64,000 bases of DNA from Candidatus Cloacimonadales bacterium (lineage in GTDB: Bacteria; Cloacimonadota; Cloacimonadia; Cloacimonadales; JAIOQZ01): contig CAXXTU010000002.1 of the NCBI GenBank assembly GCA_963662655.2, positions 2,592,001 to 2,656,000 of the forward strand, given 5' to 3'. Below the pieces are notes generated by a model. It saw only the letters and a program-made list of their open reading frames with translations. It was not told where the DNA came from and made no database searches. Shown one piece after another: positions 1 through 9,780 of the stretch (its first letter is position 1; every line of letters starts with the position of its first letter). A program made the translations under genes and the position numbers.

Positions 1-668
1 ACGACATCCCCTTCGCGATGGAGGTCTGTCAACGGCTGGATGTGGATAAAAAAGGGGGGCATCTCGCCCAGGATCGAAACGGTCAGCTTCTCCTGAGAGA
101 AAGCGCGCAATGTCCCGAAGACGAAGTTGACGAATTCCAGAACACCAGTCTGTACCGATGGTTCAACACCAACAATCTGTGGATCAATCTCGAAGCGCTG
201 AAAGCCAGGTTGAACGAGAACAACAATGTCTTGCTCCTGCCGCTCATTCTCAACCCGAAGGACGTGGACGGTACTCCGGTGTATCAGATCGAGACCGCCA
301 TGGGCGCGGCAATCGGCGTCTTCGAAGGAAGCAAGGCCATCGCCGTTCCCCGAAGCCGTTTTGCCCCGGTGAAGAAGACGAATGATTTGATAACGATATG
401 GTCGGATGCATACCAGTTGGATGAAGCCTTTTGTATCCGTCTTGCCGAGGGGGTCGAGAAGGTCCCGTCCGTCCAGCTCGACGATCGCTATTACAAAATG
501 ATCGGCGATCTGCTGAAGTATTTCAAAGACGGAATTCCGTCCCTGAAAGAATGCGACCGGCTTCAGATCGAAGGCGAGATATTCTTCGGACCGGGTGTCG
601 TAATAAAAGGGTCCGCACGGCTTAAAGCGGAAGTCCCTACCCGTTTGGAAAACATCACGATCGACTAA
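1..668 (+). CDS. UTP--glucose-1-phosphate uridylyltransferase, UDPGP (eukaryote-like) family; 5' end lies outside the window
   Basis: Motifs FNTNNLW, QIETAMGAAI and VPRSRFAPVK, with a C-terminal beta-helix-like tail; the frame is open to the window edge (DIPFA before MEV). Confidence 0.88.
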   Translation, partial: DIPFAMEVCQRLDVDKKGGHLAQDRNGQLLLRESAQCPEDEVDEFQNTSLYRWFNTNNLWINLEALKARLNENNNVLLLPLILNPKDVDGTPVYQIETAMGAAIGVFEGSKAIAVPRSRFAPVKKTNDLITIWSDAYQLDEAFCIRLAEGVEKVPSVQLDDRYYKMIGDLLKYFKDGIPSLKECDRLQIEGEIFFGPGVVIKGSARLKAEVPTRLENITID

Positions 669-717
669 ATTCTGTCGCTCTACTGGCAGCCAAACCTGAG
701 TCGTAAGCCCGACTCAG

Positions 718-820
718 CGCGGGGCGGCGTGTTTGCCCCGCAAACGACTCCCCCGAGGTGTTGGAGAATCCAACGCCTCGGGGGAGTCCGGAAGCCTTAG
801 GCTTCCGACGCCGCCCCGCG
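718..820. repeat. Four-way-junction palindromic element, family J copy 1
   Basis: 13-bp outer stem 718-730/808-820 encloses three abutting hairpins (731-745, 746-788, 789-807); related to 37190-37375. Confidence 0.75.
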
Positions 821-862
821 CGGGAGCGCGCGCATCCCAGCATCGATCAGCGGAATCCCAAT

Positions 863-890
863 AAAAAACGCCGGAAATCATTCCGGCGTT
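863..890 (-). terminator. Rho-independent terminator of the RND operon
   Basis: aacgccggaa-atca-ttccggcgtt stem with an adjacent A-tract (U-tract on the minus strand), just past the stop at 908. Confidence 0.75.
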
Positions 891-907
891 CAAGATTTAT
901 TGCAGCA

Positions 908-3900
908 TCAGCACTTCTTTTTTTTCCACTCGAACCAGGAGTAAACCACCGGCACGAACACCAGGGTAATGATGGTGGAACTGAGAAGACCGCCAATTAC
1001 TGCGCGAGCCATAGGCGCTTGCGCCTCACCGCCTTCGCCAAGACCAATCGCAAGGGGCGTCAGACCGAGGATGGTGGTGAAAGCCGTCATGAGAATCGGA
1101 CGCAGCCTTCTTCTTCCGGCCTCCTCGATCGCCTCGCAGGTTTCCATATCCTCTTTGCGCCGCAGCATATTGGTCGTATCCACCAGCAGAATGGCGTTGT
1201 TCACCACAATTCCCGCCAGCATGATACAGCCAATGTACGATTGGATGTTGAACGTCGTGCCCGTGATAATGAGCATAAAAACGACACCCACAATGGCGAG
1301 CGGAACGGAGAACATGACCACGAAGGGATCCCTGAGCGATTCGTATTGGCAAGCCATCACCATGTAAACCAGGATCAGAGCCAGCGCGAAGCTGAGCACC
1401 AGCTCGTGGAAAGCCTCCTGCTGTTCCTCGTAATCACCGGTAAGCACGATGCTGAAATCTCTCGGAACCGGAATCATCTTGAGCTTATCCTGGATGTCCC
1501 CGATGATGGAACCCATGTCCCTTCCGCTGATGTTCGCGGAAACGGTAATAATGCGTTCCTGGTCGTGGCGCTCGATGGATACGGGCCCCCGGCGCGATTC
1601 GATACGAACCACGTTGCGGAGAATCACGGGCTCTCCTTCCGAATTCGTCAGCGTCAGATCGAGAAGATCGCGAATCTCGAGCTTGTCGGCGTCCTTCACC
1701 TGCACACGAATCGCGTATTCGTCGCCGCCCTCACGGTAATTGCCGGCGGTTGATCCCGAAAGCACCGTTTGCAGCGTCTGCGCTACCTGCCGAACAGTGA
1801 GGCGCATGTCGGCAGCCTTTCGGCGGTCGACCACGATGAGCTCTTCCGGCGTTCCCGTGTCGCGACTGAGGTCCGTATCCGTGATGCCGTCGATCTGCCC
1901 GATCGCTTTTTGCACCTGCTCCGCCAGCGTGTTGGCGATATCGATGTCGTGTCCGCGTATCTCGATCTGGATGCTCTCGGAACTGCTCGCCATGCGGCGG
2001 AAGATGAATAGCCCCGAACTCGCGCGTACACGCACCGTCATCCCAGGTATATTGGTCACCAGCTTACGTAACGACTGAGCGATATCTTCGCTCGATCGCG
2101 TTCGTTCCGATTGGCCCACTAGACTGATCCGGATGTCTCCCGTGTTGGATACATTCCCGCGCCAGTGTGAACCGCCCACGCTCACGACAATGCTCTCAAG
2201 CTCAGGGACATTCCTGTTGATAATATCCTCCACGACCTGTATCTTCTCGTTCACCAGCTCCATCTTCGTTCCGACTTCCATCTCGACGCTGATGCGGATT
2301 TCGCCTTCATCGCTCGATGGCATGAGCTCCGTTCCAACTGCGGGTATCAACGCAAGACTGCCGACCAGAAGAAGAATCGCGGCAATGGTCGTGCGGACAC
2401 GATGATGCAACGTATAATGCAGCAGTCGCTTGTAATGGTTCTCCAGCCACGTGAAGAAGTTGCCCGATACATGAAAACCTTTCCGAAGCAACGGCGACAT
2501 CTCTTTCTCCGATCGGGACGGATTGAGAAATTTCCCCGCCAGCATCGGAATCAGCGTCAGCGCCGTGAGCATCGAGCAGAACAGCGAAAAGCTAACCACG
2601 TACGAGAGCTGCTTGAACATCACCCCGGACATCCCCTGCATGAAGATCAGCGGCAGAAAGACGGCCAGCGTTGTGAGCGTCGAAGCGATGATCGCCGAGG
2701 TAACTTCCTCGCTTCCCTGAATCGCGGCTTCCTTCTTGCCCATCCCCTTCTCGCGAAGCCGGTAAATGTTTTCCAACACCACAATGGAGTTGTCCACCAG
2801 CATACCGATTCCGAGCGCGAGGCCGCCCAGCGTCATCAGGTTCAAGGTGAAATTTCCGAAGTAGATCAAGCCGAAGGTCGCGATAACCGATACCGGTATC
2901 GCCGTGCCAATGATGAACGTACTGCGCACGTTGCGCAGGAAGAAGAGGAGCACCAGAATCGCCAGCAAGCTTCCCATCAACGCGGAAACAGCCACGTTGT
3001 TGATGGACCGCTTGATGAACTGCGACGAATCCATAATCGGTACCAGCTGAATCTGAGGGATTTCCTGCGACAACTTCTCGAGCTCCTTCAAAACGCCGTT
3101 GGCCACCGAAACCGTGTTGGCTCCGGATTGCTTGTTCACGGAAAGCCTGATTCCCGGCTTGCCGTTGATGCGAACGACCCGCGTGACCTTCTCCCACGAA
3201 TCCTCCACATCGGAGATATCGTTGAGCGTGATCGTCTTGCCGGCGCGCTCCATGATGACCGTGTAACGCAGGTCGTCCAGACTCTGGAATTCTCCCGGCG
3301 TACGGATTGTCACTTCGTAGTTGCCGCTCTTCATCGTTCCGGCGGGAAGATTGATATTGCCGGCCCTGATGCGATCCAGCACCTGATCCAGCGTGATCCT
3401 CAGTGCCTTGATTTTCTCGGGATTGATGTAGACGTGAATCTCGCGATCGAGTCCGCCCCATATATCCAGCGCTGCAACGCCCGGCACTCGCTCGATGCGA
3501 TGCTTGATCTGCTCGTCGATGATCCGGCGCATCTGGATGGGGTCCAGATCGCCGGAAGCGCCCAAAATCATCACCGGCATCGCAGCGAGATCGAACTTCC
3601 GCAGGCTGGGACGACTCGCGTCGTCGGGAAGCCGGGTAATCACTCGGTCGAGGCGATCGCGAATGTCGTTGGAAGCCGCGTCGAGATCGGTTCCCCAGTT
3701 GAAGGTGATTCGCACGTTGCTCGATCCTTCCGAGGAAACGGATGTGAGGTCTTCAACGCCGGGAACAGCAATCACGGCCTCTTCGATCAGTCTTGTTACC
3801 AGTTCCTCCATTTCCTGGGGACTGGCGTCTTCATACGTTGTGGAGACACTCAACGTTGGGTAGGTGATATCAGGCATCAGGTCCACGGATAGCTTGGATA

Positions 3901-3985
3901 ACGAGACGCCTCCGAGAATGATTACGATCAGCACCACCATGATGGTGAAGATGGGGCGCTGAACCGCCTGCCTCGAGAGCTTCAT
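908..3985 (-). CDS. RND efflux permease, AcrB/AcrD/AcrF family
   Basis: 1025 aa; motifs GMLVDNSIVVLENI, GIVVNNAILLVD and RLRPILMT. Confidence 0.96.
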   Translation of the reverse strand: MKLSRQAVQRPIFTIMVVLIVIILGGVSLSKLSVDLMPDITYPTLSVSTTYEDASPQEMEELVTRLIEEAVIAVPGVEDLTSVSSEGSSNVRITFNWGTDLDAASNDIRDRLDRVITRLPDDASRPSLRKFDLAAMPVMILGASGDLDPIQMRRIIDEQIKHRIERVPGVAALDIWGGLDREIHVYINPEKIKALRITLDQVLDRIRAGNINLPAGTMKSGNYEVTIRTPGEFQSLDDLRYTVIMERAGKTITLNDISDVEDSWEKVTRVVRINGKPGIRLSVNKQSGANTVSVANGVLKELEKLSQEIPQIQLVPIMDSSQFIKRSINNVAVSALMGSLLAILVLLFFLRNVRSTFIIGTAIPVSVIATFGLIYFGNFTLNLMTLGGLALGIGMLVDNSIVVLENIYRLREKGMGKKEAAIQGSEEVTSAIIASTLTTLAVFLPLIFMQGMSGVMFKQLSYVVSFSLFCSMLTALTLIPMLAGKFLNPSRSEKEMSPLLRKGFHVSGNFFTWLENHYKRLLHYTLHHRVRTTIAAILLLVGSLALIPAVGTELMPSSDEGEIRISVEMEVGTKMELVNEKIQVVEDIINRNVPELESIVVSVGGSHWRGNVSNTGDIRISLVGQSERTRSSEDIAQSLRKLVTNIPGMTVRVRASSGLFIFRRMASSSESIQIEIRGHDIDIANTLAEQVQKAIGQIDGITDTDLSRDTGTPEELIVVDRRKAADMRLTVRQVAQTLQTVLSGSTAGNYREGGDEYAIRVQVKDADKLEIRDLLDLTLTNSEGEPVILRNVVRIESRRGPVSIERHDQERIITVSANISGRDMGSIIGDIQDKLKMIPVPRDFSIVLTGDYEEQQEAFHELVLSFALALILVYMVMACQYESLRDPFVVMFSVPLAIVGVVFMLIITGTTFNIQSYIGCIMLAGIVVNNAILLVDTTNMLRRKEDMETCEAIEEAGRRRLRPILMTAFTTILGLTPLAIGLGEGGEAQAPMARAVIGGLLSSTIITLVFVPVVYSWFEWKKKKC

Positions 3986-5166
3986 TTCTTCATCTCCCCG
4001 CCATTCTGCGATTCCTCGCCCGGAATACGTATCGCTCCGCCATCCTCCAGGAGATGGTGGCCGAGTACCACGATTTCACCCTTGATGGCTGGACTAACGA
4101 TCTCGATGCGATCTTCCTGGCGAATGCCGGTTTCCACCTTCGTAAATTTGGCCGTCATCGTGTTGCGATCGATGATGAAGACACCTTGCTGCTCGTTTCT
4201 TCGCGCCAAGGCGGAAACGGGAATGACCGTTACGTTTTCGTGGGTGGTAAATTCGATCCTCACACGCGCAAACATACCCGGTTTGAGCTCACGATCATCG
4301 TTGGGAATATCGATTTCCACCTTCGCCTGGCGTGACGATTCTTGCAGCATGGGGGCAATGCGGGAAATCTTGCCAGTGAATTCTCTTCCCGGGTAAGCGT
4401 CGGTGGTCACGACGGCTTCCTGACCGGTGCGAATCTTGGGATAGTCGCGCTCGATCACATCGATCTCCGCCGTCATGGAGCTGTTGTCCAGGATGCTGAC
4501 AATCGAGCTGTTGACGGTTAGCATCGCTCCCTCGTCGACATAGCGTTCGCCCACTACCCGGGTCGTGGATTTATCCGGCCAGGTGACGGTTATCTTTGTA
4601 TAGGCAAGACGTACTTCCGCCGTTTTCAAGGCAGCCTTGGTGCTCTCAACCTGCGAAAGCGCCACCTGATGGCTTGCATAGGCCGCGTCGTACTCCGCCT
4701 GCGCCTGATCCATGTCGGATTCGGAGACGAAATCCTTCTCGCGCAATGTCTGCATGCGCTCGAGATCCCGTGTCGCAAGCGTCAAAGCGCTCTGGGTCTG
4801 CACTTTCTGAGCCTGCGAGACAGCCAGACTCGCCTGCGCCTGCACCACGCTCTGCACGTATTCGGCATCGTCCAGCTCGGCAATCACCTGTCCCGAGTGA
4901 ACCACATCGCCGATATCGACCGTCAGTCGCTCGAGCCGACCCGAAACTTTCGGGGCCACGGTAAAAATGTTTTTGGGTGATAGCGTTCCGCTAAAGAGCC
5001 CGATGTCGCGAATACTCGATACGGAAATGGGAGCGATTTCGACAGCTACGGGAGGCTTCCCGCTTCTTCCGCCGGCGGCGTCTCCGCTTTGACACCCCGC
5101 TACGCCCAAAAAAACAACCAACAATGTCACAAATGGTGTAATGGTAAGCAATCCTTTGGTACTCAT
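3982..5166 (-). CDS. RND periplasmic adaptor (MFP), lipoprotein
   Basis: Lipobox VAGC, VAPKVSGR...VDIGDVV lipoyl half-motif, coiled coil, LKPGMFARV; 4-nt overlap with the permease gene. Confidence 0.95.
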   Translation of the reverse strand: MSTKGLLTITPFVTLLVVFLGVAGCQSGDAAGGRSGKPPVAVEIAPISVSSIRDIGLFSGTLSPKNIFTVAPKVSGRLERLTVDIGDVVHSGQVIAELDDAEYVQSVVQAQASLAVSQAQKVQTQSALTLATRDLERMQTLREKDFVSESDMDQAQAEYDAAYASHQVALSQVESTKAALKTAEVRLAYTKITVTWPDKSTTRVVGERYVDEGAMLTVNSSIVSILDNSSMTAEIDVIERDYPKIRTGQEAVVTTDAYPGREFTGKISRIAPMLQESSRQAKVEIDIPNDDRELKPGMFARVRIEFTTHENVTVIPVSALARRNEQQGVFIIDRNTMTAKFTKVETGIRQEDRIEIVSPAIKGEIVVLGHHLLEDGGAIRIPGEESQNGGEMKK

Positions 5167-5819
5167 TGATTCTCCTGTATTCTTTTTTCTTTAATTGCCT
5201 TGATTCCGGCGAGGCTGAACTGATATATATGCTTTTCAAGAAGTTCCGCAGTGATAGAATAACCGAGTTCAATCCCTTTGGAATGTTTTTTTTTACGGTG
5301 CCTCTGCCCGAGCATAGGACTGAAGCACTGTGCCATGATGCTGTGCCGGCAAAGGTCCACGTTTTCCGTTGTGGCGCAATCACCAAGTATCTCGCGAATG
5401 ATCTCTTTCAATCCTTCCTGAAACGGCTCTATCTTGCTGTTCATTGCCTCTCTCAGGAAGCCTGTTGGATTTACCATCTCCTTGTGGACGATATCGAAGC
5501 TGTAACCGTCGGGGTCCATAATTCTCCTCAGAAGCGAGGATATTCTACCGAATAGACGCTCTTCCGCAGACGCGTCCTCCGGGATACCGCCCGAAAGCGG
5601 GTGGTTCTGCAATGAAAGATCATATGCGTATTTCCAGCTTTCCACATAGAGGTTTTGCTTGCTCTCGAAGTAGTAGTTCACCGCCGCCGGGTTGGTTTGA
5701 GCTTTTTTGCATATATCAATGGTTGTGGCTTCATAGTACCCGTTTTTCGCAAAGAGTTCACAAGCAGCTTCAAGCAACGCCTTTCTCGTTTTCTGTCCGT
5801 CGCATCTGGGTTTTCTCAT
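5163..5819 (-). CDS. TetR/AcrR family regulator (CecR-like C-terminus)
   Basis: N-terminal HTH LLEAACELFAKNGY...AVNYYFESKQNLY; first gene of the efflux operon. Confidence 0.92.
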   Translation of the reverse strand: MRKPRCDGQKTRKALLEAACELFAKNGYYEATTIDICKKAQTNPAAVNYYFESKQNLYVESWKYAYDLSLQNHPLSGGIPEDASAEERLFGRISSLLRRIMDPDGYSFDIVHKEMVNPTGFLREAMNSKIEPFQEGLKEIIREILGDCATTENVDLCRHSIMAQCFSPMLGQRHRKKKHSKGIELGYSITAELLEKHIYQFSLAGIKAIKEKRIQENQ

Positions 5820-5835
5820 TAAACCTCCGCATATC

Positions 5836-5870
5836 TCTAACGATCATTTGATTTATTGGTTACTTGTCAA
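5836..5870 (-). promoter_or_regulatory. Putative promoter and TetR operator of the efflux operon
   Basis: TTGACA on the minus strand at 5865-5870; imperfect palindrome tctaacgatcatttga (12 of 16 positions symmetric) at 5836-5851, just upstream of the GGAGG RBS. Confidence 0.5.
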
Positions 5871-6129
5871 ATCAATTCTTGGATCATGCCGTCTTTTTAT
5901 CATGTCCCGAAAATGTTCTATTTTCTACTCTTTCTTCACATTACTGACTTTGCTTCCCTGGAGCCTTAACGAATATAAAAGTTTGCGTAATCCATCCATT
6001 TACAGCATGTTAGGTCATCGCAGATAAAAAAATGCAGGAAAAGCTGGACAATTCAACCGTTCCTGAGTGTTTTGTTCGCATTCATGGCATTAGCATGATG
6101 GAAATTGCACAGTAACAGGAGTATAAAGC

Positions 6130-7641
6130 ATGAGTATTGAAAATCCTGAAGAAATCAAAAACCAGGAAGGACAGGAAGAGGTAGCCGAAGAAGCCGCTCA
6201 GATCGAGCAGGTTACTGAAGCCGCTGATGAAAATCAACCAACTGAAGAGGCAGACGAAGAAGATTTCGGCAAAATGCTGGAAGAATCCATGCCCGTTAAC
6301 TATGAAATTCAGGAAGGTGACGAAGTTTCGGGAACGATCGTAAACATCACCGACCTCTACATCTTTGTCACATTGGGTGACAAGCTTGACGCAATCGCCG
6401 AGAAGACAGATTACCTCAACGAAGCTGGTGAACTCTCCTTCAAGATCGGCGACGCTCTCAGTGGTTACATCGTAAAGAAAAGTGATACGGAAACCATTAT
6501 CGCGAAGAGCCTTTCCAAGTCACACGCCTCGAAGACCGTCCTTCTGGACGCGCACGAGCGCAAGATCCCCGTGACCGGAAAAGTTATCAGCATCATCAAG
6601 GGTGGCTTCACTGTCAACCTCCTCGGCGCAAGAGCGTTCTGCCCGGTTTCGCAGATTGATCTCGGCCCGGTTTCCGACACATCAAAATACATCAATCAGG
6701 AATACGAATTCGAAATTACGGAATACAGCGAAAGCGGACGTAACATCATCGTATCCCGCCGTGTTCTTCTTCAGAAAAAACGCGAAGTTTTAAGAAAAGA
6801 AACGCTTGATAATCTTGAAATAGGTAACATCCTCAAGGGTAAAGTTACACGCCTCACCAACTTCGGCGCATTCGTCGATATCGGCGGAATCGAAGGATTG
6901 CTTCACATTTCCGAAATCGCATGGAAACACGTTGAATCTCCTTCCGATCTTCTCAATATCGGTGACGAAATCGACGTGAAAGTCATCCGCCTCAAAGGCA
7001 ATAAGATTTCTCTCAGCATGAAGCAGCTCGATCGCAACCCTGCTGAAATCGCAATGGAAGAGCTCAAGGAAGACGAGATTGTATCCTGCCGCATCGTGAA
7101 GAACGAGACTTTCGGGGCATTCGCAGAGATCAGACCTGGTGTGCAAGGCCTCATTCCGATTTCTGAAATGCGGCGCGGAAGACGTATCGGCCATCCATCC
7201 GAAGTTGTTCAGGAAGGGGACCTCGTTCAGGTCAAGATCCTTCGTATCGATCGCGAGAAACGCAAAATATCGCTTTCTCTCAAAGCGCTCGAAGAGGACC
7301 CATGGGACAGCATCGACCAGTACCTCACCGTTGGTAAAACCGTGCAAGGAACCATCGACGGCGTTTCCGATTTCGGTACGTTCGTTAAGGTTCGCGAAGG
7401 ACTTACCGGCCTGCTTCCGAAATCACGCATGAGACTGGCTGAAATGGCTCATACAAACCAGAATATCGGCGAAACCATCGATGTTCTCGTTCGCCAGATC
7501 GATTATGACAAACGTCGTATCTCTTTCGATCCTACCGATATCCCCGGTGAAGTTCTGGAACGCGAAGGCGACCGCAACTGGCGTGCTTATGCCCGTCAAA
7601 AATGGGACCCGACCGAAGGTAATCCTTTCCAGGATCTGTAA
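6130..7641 (+). CDS. rpsA: 30S ribosomal protein S1 family (about five S1 domains, acidic N-terminus)
   Basis: Repeated S1 motifs, e.g. GKVTRLTNFGAFVDIGGIEGLLHISEI and FGAFAEIRPGVQGLIPISEM. It may be an S1 paralogue rather than the main rpsA. Confidence 0.8.
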   Translation: MSIENPEEIKNQEGQEEVAEEAAQIEQVTEAADENQPTEEADEEDFGKMLEESMPVNYEIQEGDEVSGTIVNITDLYIFVTLGDKLDAIAEKTDYLNEAGELSFKIGDALSGYIVKKSDTETIIAKSLSKSHASKTVLLDAHERKIPVTGKVISIIKGGFTVNLLGARAFCPVSQIDLGPVSDTSKYINQEYEFEITEYSESGRNIIVSRRVLLQKKREVLRKETLDNLEIGNILKGKVTRLTNFGAFVDIGGIEGLLHISEIAWKHVESPSDLLNIGDEIDVKVIRLKGNKISLSMKQLDRNPAEIAMEELKEDEIVSCRIVKNETFGAFAEIRPGVQGLIPISEMRRGRRIGHPSEVVQEGDLVQVKILRIDREKRKISLSLKALEEDPWDSIDQYLTVGKTVQGTIDGVSDFGTFVKVREGLTGLLPKSRMRLAEMAHTNQNIGETIDVLVRQIDYDKRRISFDPTDIPGEVLEREGDRNWRAYARQKWDPTEGNPFQDL

Positions 7642-7664
7642 ACCGACAATTATATCTCTTATGC

Positions 7665-7695
7665 AGCCCTTGTCCTGACGGATGAGGGCTTTTTT
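7665..7695 (+). terminator. Rho-independent terminator after the S1 gene
   Basis: agcccttgtc...gatgagggct stem followed by a T-tract. Confidence 0.75.
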
Positions 7696-7701
7696 CGTGA
7701 T

Positions 7702-7816
7702 GCACCTTCGCCCGTTCTCCCCTTGCCACGTGGTGTTTCACAGCGTAGCTTCTACATCCATTTCCTTACGGAGCTGTGGTATATCCACGTGGCAAGGGGA
7801 GAACGGGCGAAGGTGC
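7702..7816 (+). repeat. Dispersed hairpin element, family H copy A (inverted relative to copies B-D)
   Basis: Perfect 32-bp inverted repeat 7702-7733/7785-7816; contains cgtggtgtt, tatatccacg and cgggcgaaggtgc, the reverse complements of the boxes in copies B-D. Confidence 0.8.
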
Positions 7817-7866
7817 GCACGAATGCCGACGTGGATATACATTCTCTCCCTCCTGTATGAGAAAAA

Positions 7867-8015
7867 CGAAATAAGCTCGATTTTTACAAAGGACCCCGCG
7901 ATGCATTGAAATGCGATTTGCGAAATTCGGACTTCAGTCGATACGAAGTAATGTAATGGCAAATCGCCTTCCAATGCATCGCATGCCCACCCACCCGTAT
8001 TGCGAGCTCATTTCG
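7867..8015. repeat. Long imperfect hairpin unrelated to family H
   Basis: Arms 7898-7921/7959-7982 match at 22 of 24 positions; outer arms 7867-7879/8003-8015 match at 12 of 13. Confidence 0.6.
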
Positions 8016-8018
8016 TGG

Positions 8019-8053
8019 AAAAGAAAACACCCCGGAAAATCCGGGGTGTTTTT
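8019..8053 (-). terminator. Terminator downstream of glnS (probably bidirectional)
   Basis: aaaacaccccgga-aaa-tccggggtgtttt with A- and T-tracts on the two sides. Confidence 0.8.
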
Positions 8054-8073
8054 GCAATGTATGACTTCGCAGT

Positions 8074-9774
8074 CTACTCGGCAGATTTTGCCAGAATCTT
8101 CGCGAAATTATCTCTCAGAGGCACCGCCCTGTTAATGACAACCTTATCGTCAGTCGTATCGGGATCAACGTAGAAGTATCCCTGGCGCAGGAATTGGAAG
8201 TGCATACCTGGCTTAGCATCCTTGAGTGACGGCTCGCATTTGGCAATCACGACGCTGAGTGAGTCCGGATTAATGATCTCATGGAAGTCACTGAACTCTG
8301 CGGGATTCGGAACGGTGAACAGGTGGTCGTAAAGCCTTATTTCAATATCGGCTGCGTGCATCGCGGAAACCCAATGCGAGGTTCCCTTCACCTTTCTTCC
8401 GTCTTCCGACCATCCACCTTTTGTTGCGGGATCGTAGGTGCAGTGAATTTCGGTGATATTACCGTCATCATCTGCCTCGTACCCGGTACATGTCACATAA
8501 TAGGCGTGTTTGAGGCGAATCTCTTTCCCGGGAGCCAGCCTGAAGAACTTCTTGGGCGGATCAATCATGAAATCTTCCCGCTCGATGTATATCTCACGAC
8601 TGAATGGCACCTTGCGTGATCCGGCTTTCTCGTCCTCGGGATTGTTCTCAGCGTCGAGCCATTCTTCCTGATCCTCGGGGTAGTTCGTGATGATCACTTT
8701 TACCGGATCCAACACTGCCATAACACGCGCGGCCCTTTTGTTGAGGTCCTCGCGGAGGCAGAAGTACAGCAAACTAATGTCGGCGGTACTGTTGCTCTTG
8801 GCGATACCGATGCGATCGCTGAAATCGCGGATCGATTCAGGCGTGAAACCCCTGCGACGCAATCCCGCTATGGTGGGCATGCGGGGATCGTCCCAGCCGT
8901 TCACGATCTTTTCCGTAACCAGCGCGAGAAGCTTGCGCTTGCTCATGATGGTGTAATTGATGTTCAGGCGGGCAAACTCGATCTGTTGCGGATGACTCGG
9001 CACCGGAAGCTGATCGAGAAACCAGTCGTACAACGGACGATGGTCTTCGAACTCGAGCGTGCAAAGCGAGTGGGTAATCTTCTCCAGAGAGTCCGACATA
9101 CAATGCGTGTAGTCGTACATCGGGTAGATACACCATTTGTCACCCGTGCGGTGGTGGTGCGCCCTGCGAATGCGGTATACAACAGGATCGCGCATGTTCA
9201 GGTTCGGAGACGCCATATCGATCTTCGCTCGCAGGGTGAGCGTTCCGTCCTCGTATTTTCCGTCTTTCATCTCCTGGAAGAGTCTCAGGCTCTCCTCGAT
9301 GGGACGGTTGCGGAACGGGCTCTCTTTGCCGGGCTCGGTAAGGGTTCCGCGAAGCTCGCGGATTTGATCGGGCGTAAGCTCATCCACGAACGCCTTTCCG
9401 TCTTTGATGAGCTGAACGGCATATTCGTAGAGCGCGTCGAAGTAGTCCGAAGCGAAATACAGCCTGTCCTCCCAATCGAATCCAAGCCAGCGGATGTCTT
9501 CAATGATCGAATCGACGTATTCCACATCCTCTTTGGTGGGATTGGTATCGTCGAAACGGAGGTTGCAGGTTCCCTTGTAGTCCCGCGCGATACCGAAATT
9601 GAGGCAGATCGATTTCGCGTGACCGATGTGAATGTAACCGTTGGGCTCCGGCGGGAAACGGGTCGCAACGCGATCACCGTTCTTGCCGGTCTCCAAGTCG
9701 GTATCTATGATGTTCCGAATGAAATTCGATTTCGATTCATCAGTTGTTTCCATATTGTTGGAGTCTTCGTTCAT
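8074..9774 (-). CDS. glnS: Glutamine--tRNA ligase
   Basis: Motifs [18 protein letters not shown] (HIGH), IYPMYDY, MSKRKL and FQFLRQGYF. Confidence 0.97.
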   Translation of the reverse strand: MNEDSNNMETTDESKSNFIRNIIDTDLETGKNGDRVATRFPPEPNGYIHIGHAKSICLNFGIARDYKGTCNLRFDDTNPTKEDVEYVDSIIEDIRWLGFDWEDRLYFASDYFDALYEYAVQLIKDGKAFVDELTPDQIRELRGTLTEPGKESPFRNRPIEESLRLFQEMKDGKYEDGTLTLRAKIDMASPNLNMRDPVVYRIRRAHHHRTGDKWCIYPMYDYTHCMSDSLEKITHSLCTLEFEDHRPLYDWFLDQLPVPSHPQQIEFARLNINYTIMSKRKLLALVTEKIVNGWDDPRMPTIAGLRRRGFTPESIRDFSDRIGIAKSNSTADISLLYFCLREDLNKRAARVMAVLDPVKVIITNYPEDQEEWLDAENNPEDEKAGSRKVPFSREIYIEREDFMIDPPKKFFRLAPGKEIRLKHAYYVTCTGYEADDDGNITEIHCTYDPATKGGWSEDGRKVKGTSHWVSAMHAADIEIRLYDHLFTVPNPAEFSDFHEIINPDSLSVVIAKCEPSLKDAKPGMHFQFLRQGYFYVDPDTTDDKVVINRAVPLRDNFAKILAKSAE

Positions 9775-9780
9775 GGTACC

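Noticed and set aside
718..820. tRNA or tRNA-Sec-like cloverleaf
   Set aside because: Loops are only 3 nt; there is no TTCRA T-loop, 7-nt anticodon loop or CCA end.
758..3892. Long plus-strand ORFs (758-1753, 2402-3892) and similar antisense ORFs elsewhere
   Set aside because: They are shadows of well-supported genes on the opposite strand and have no recognisable motifs.
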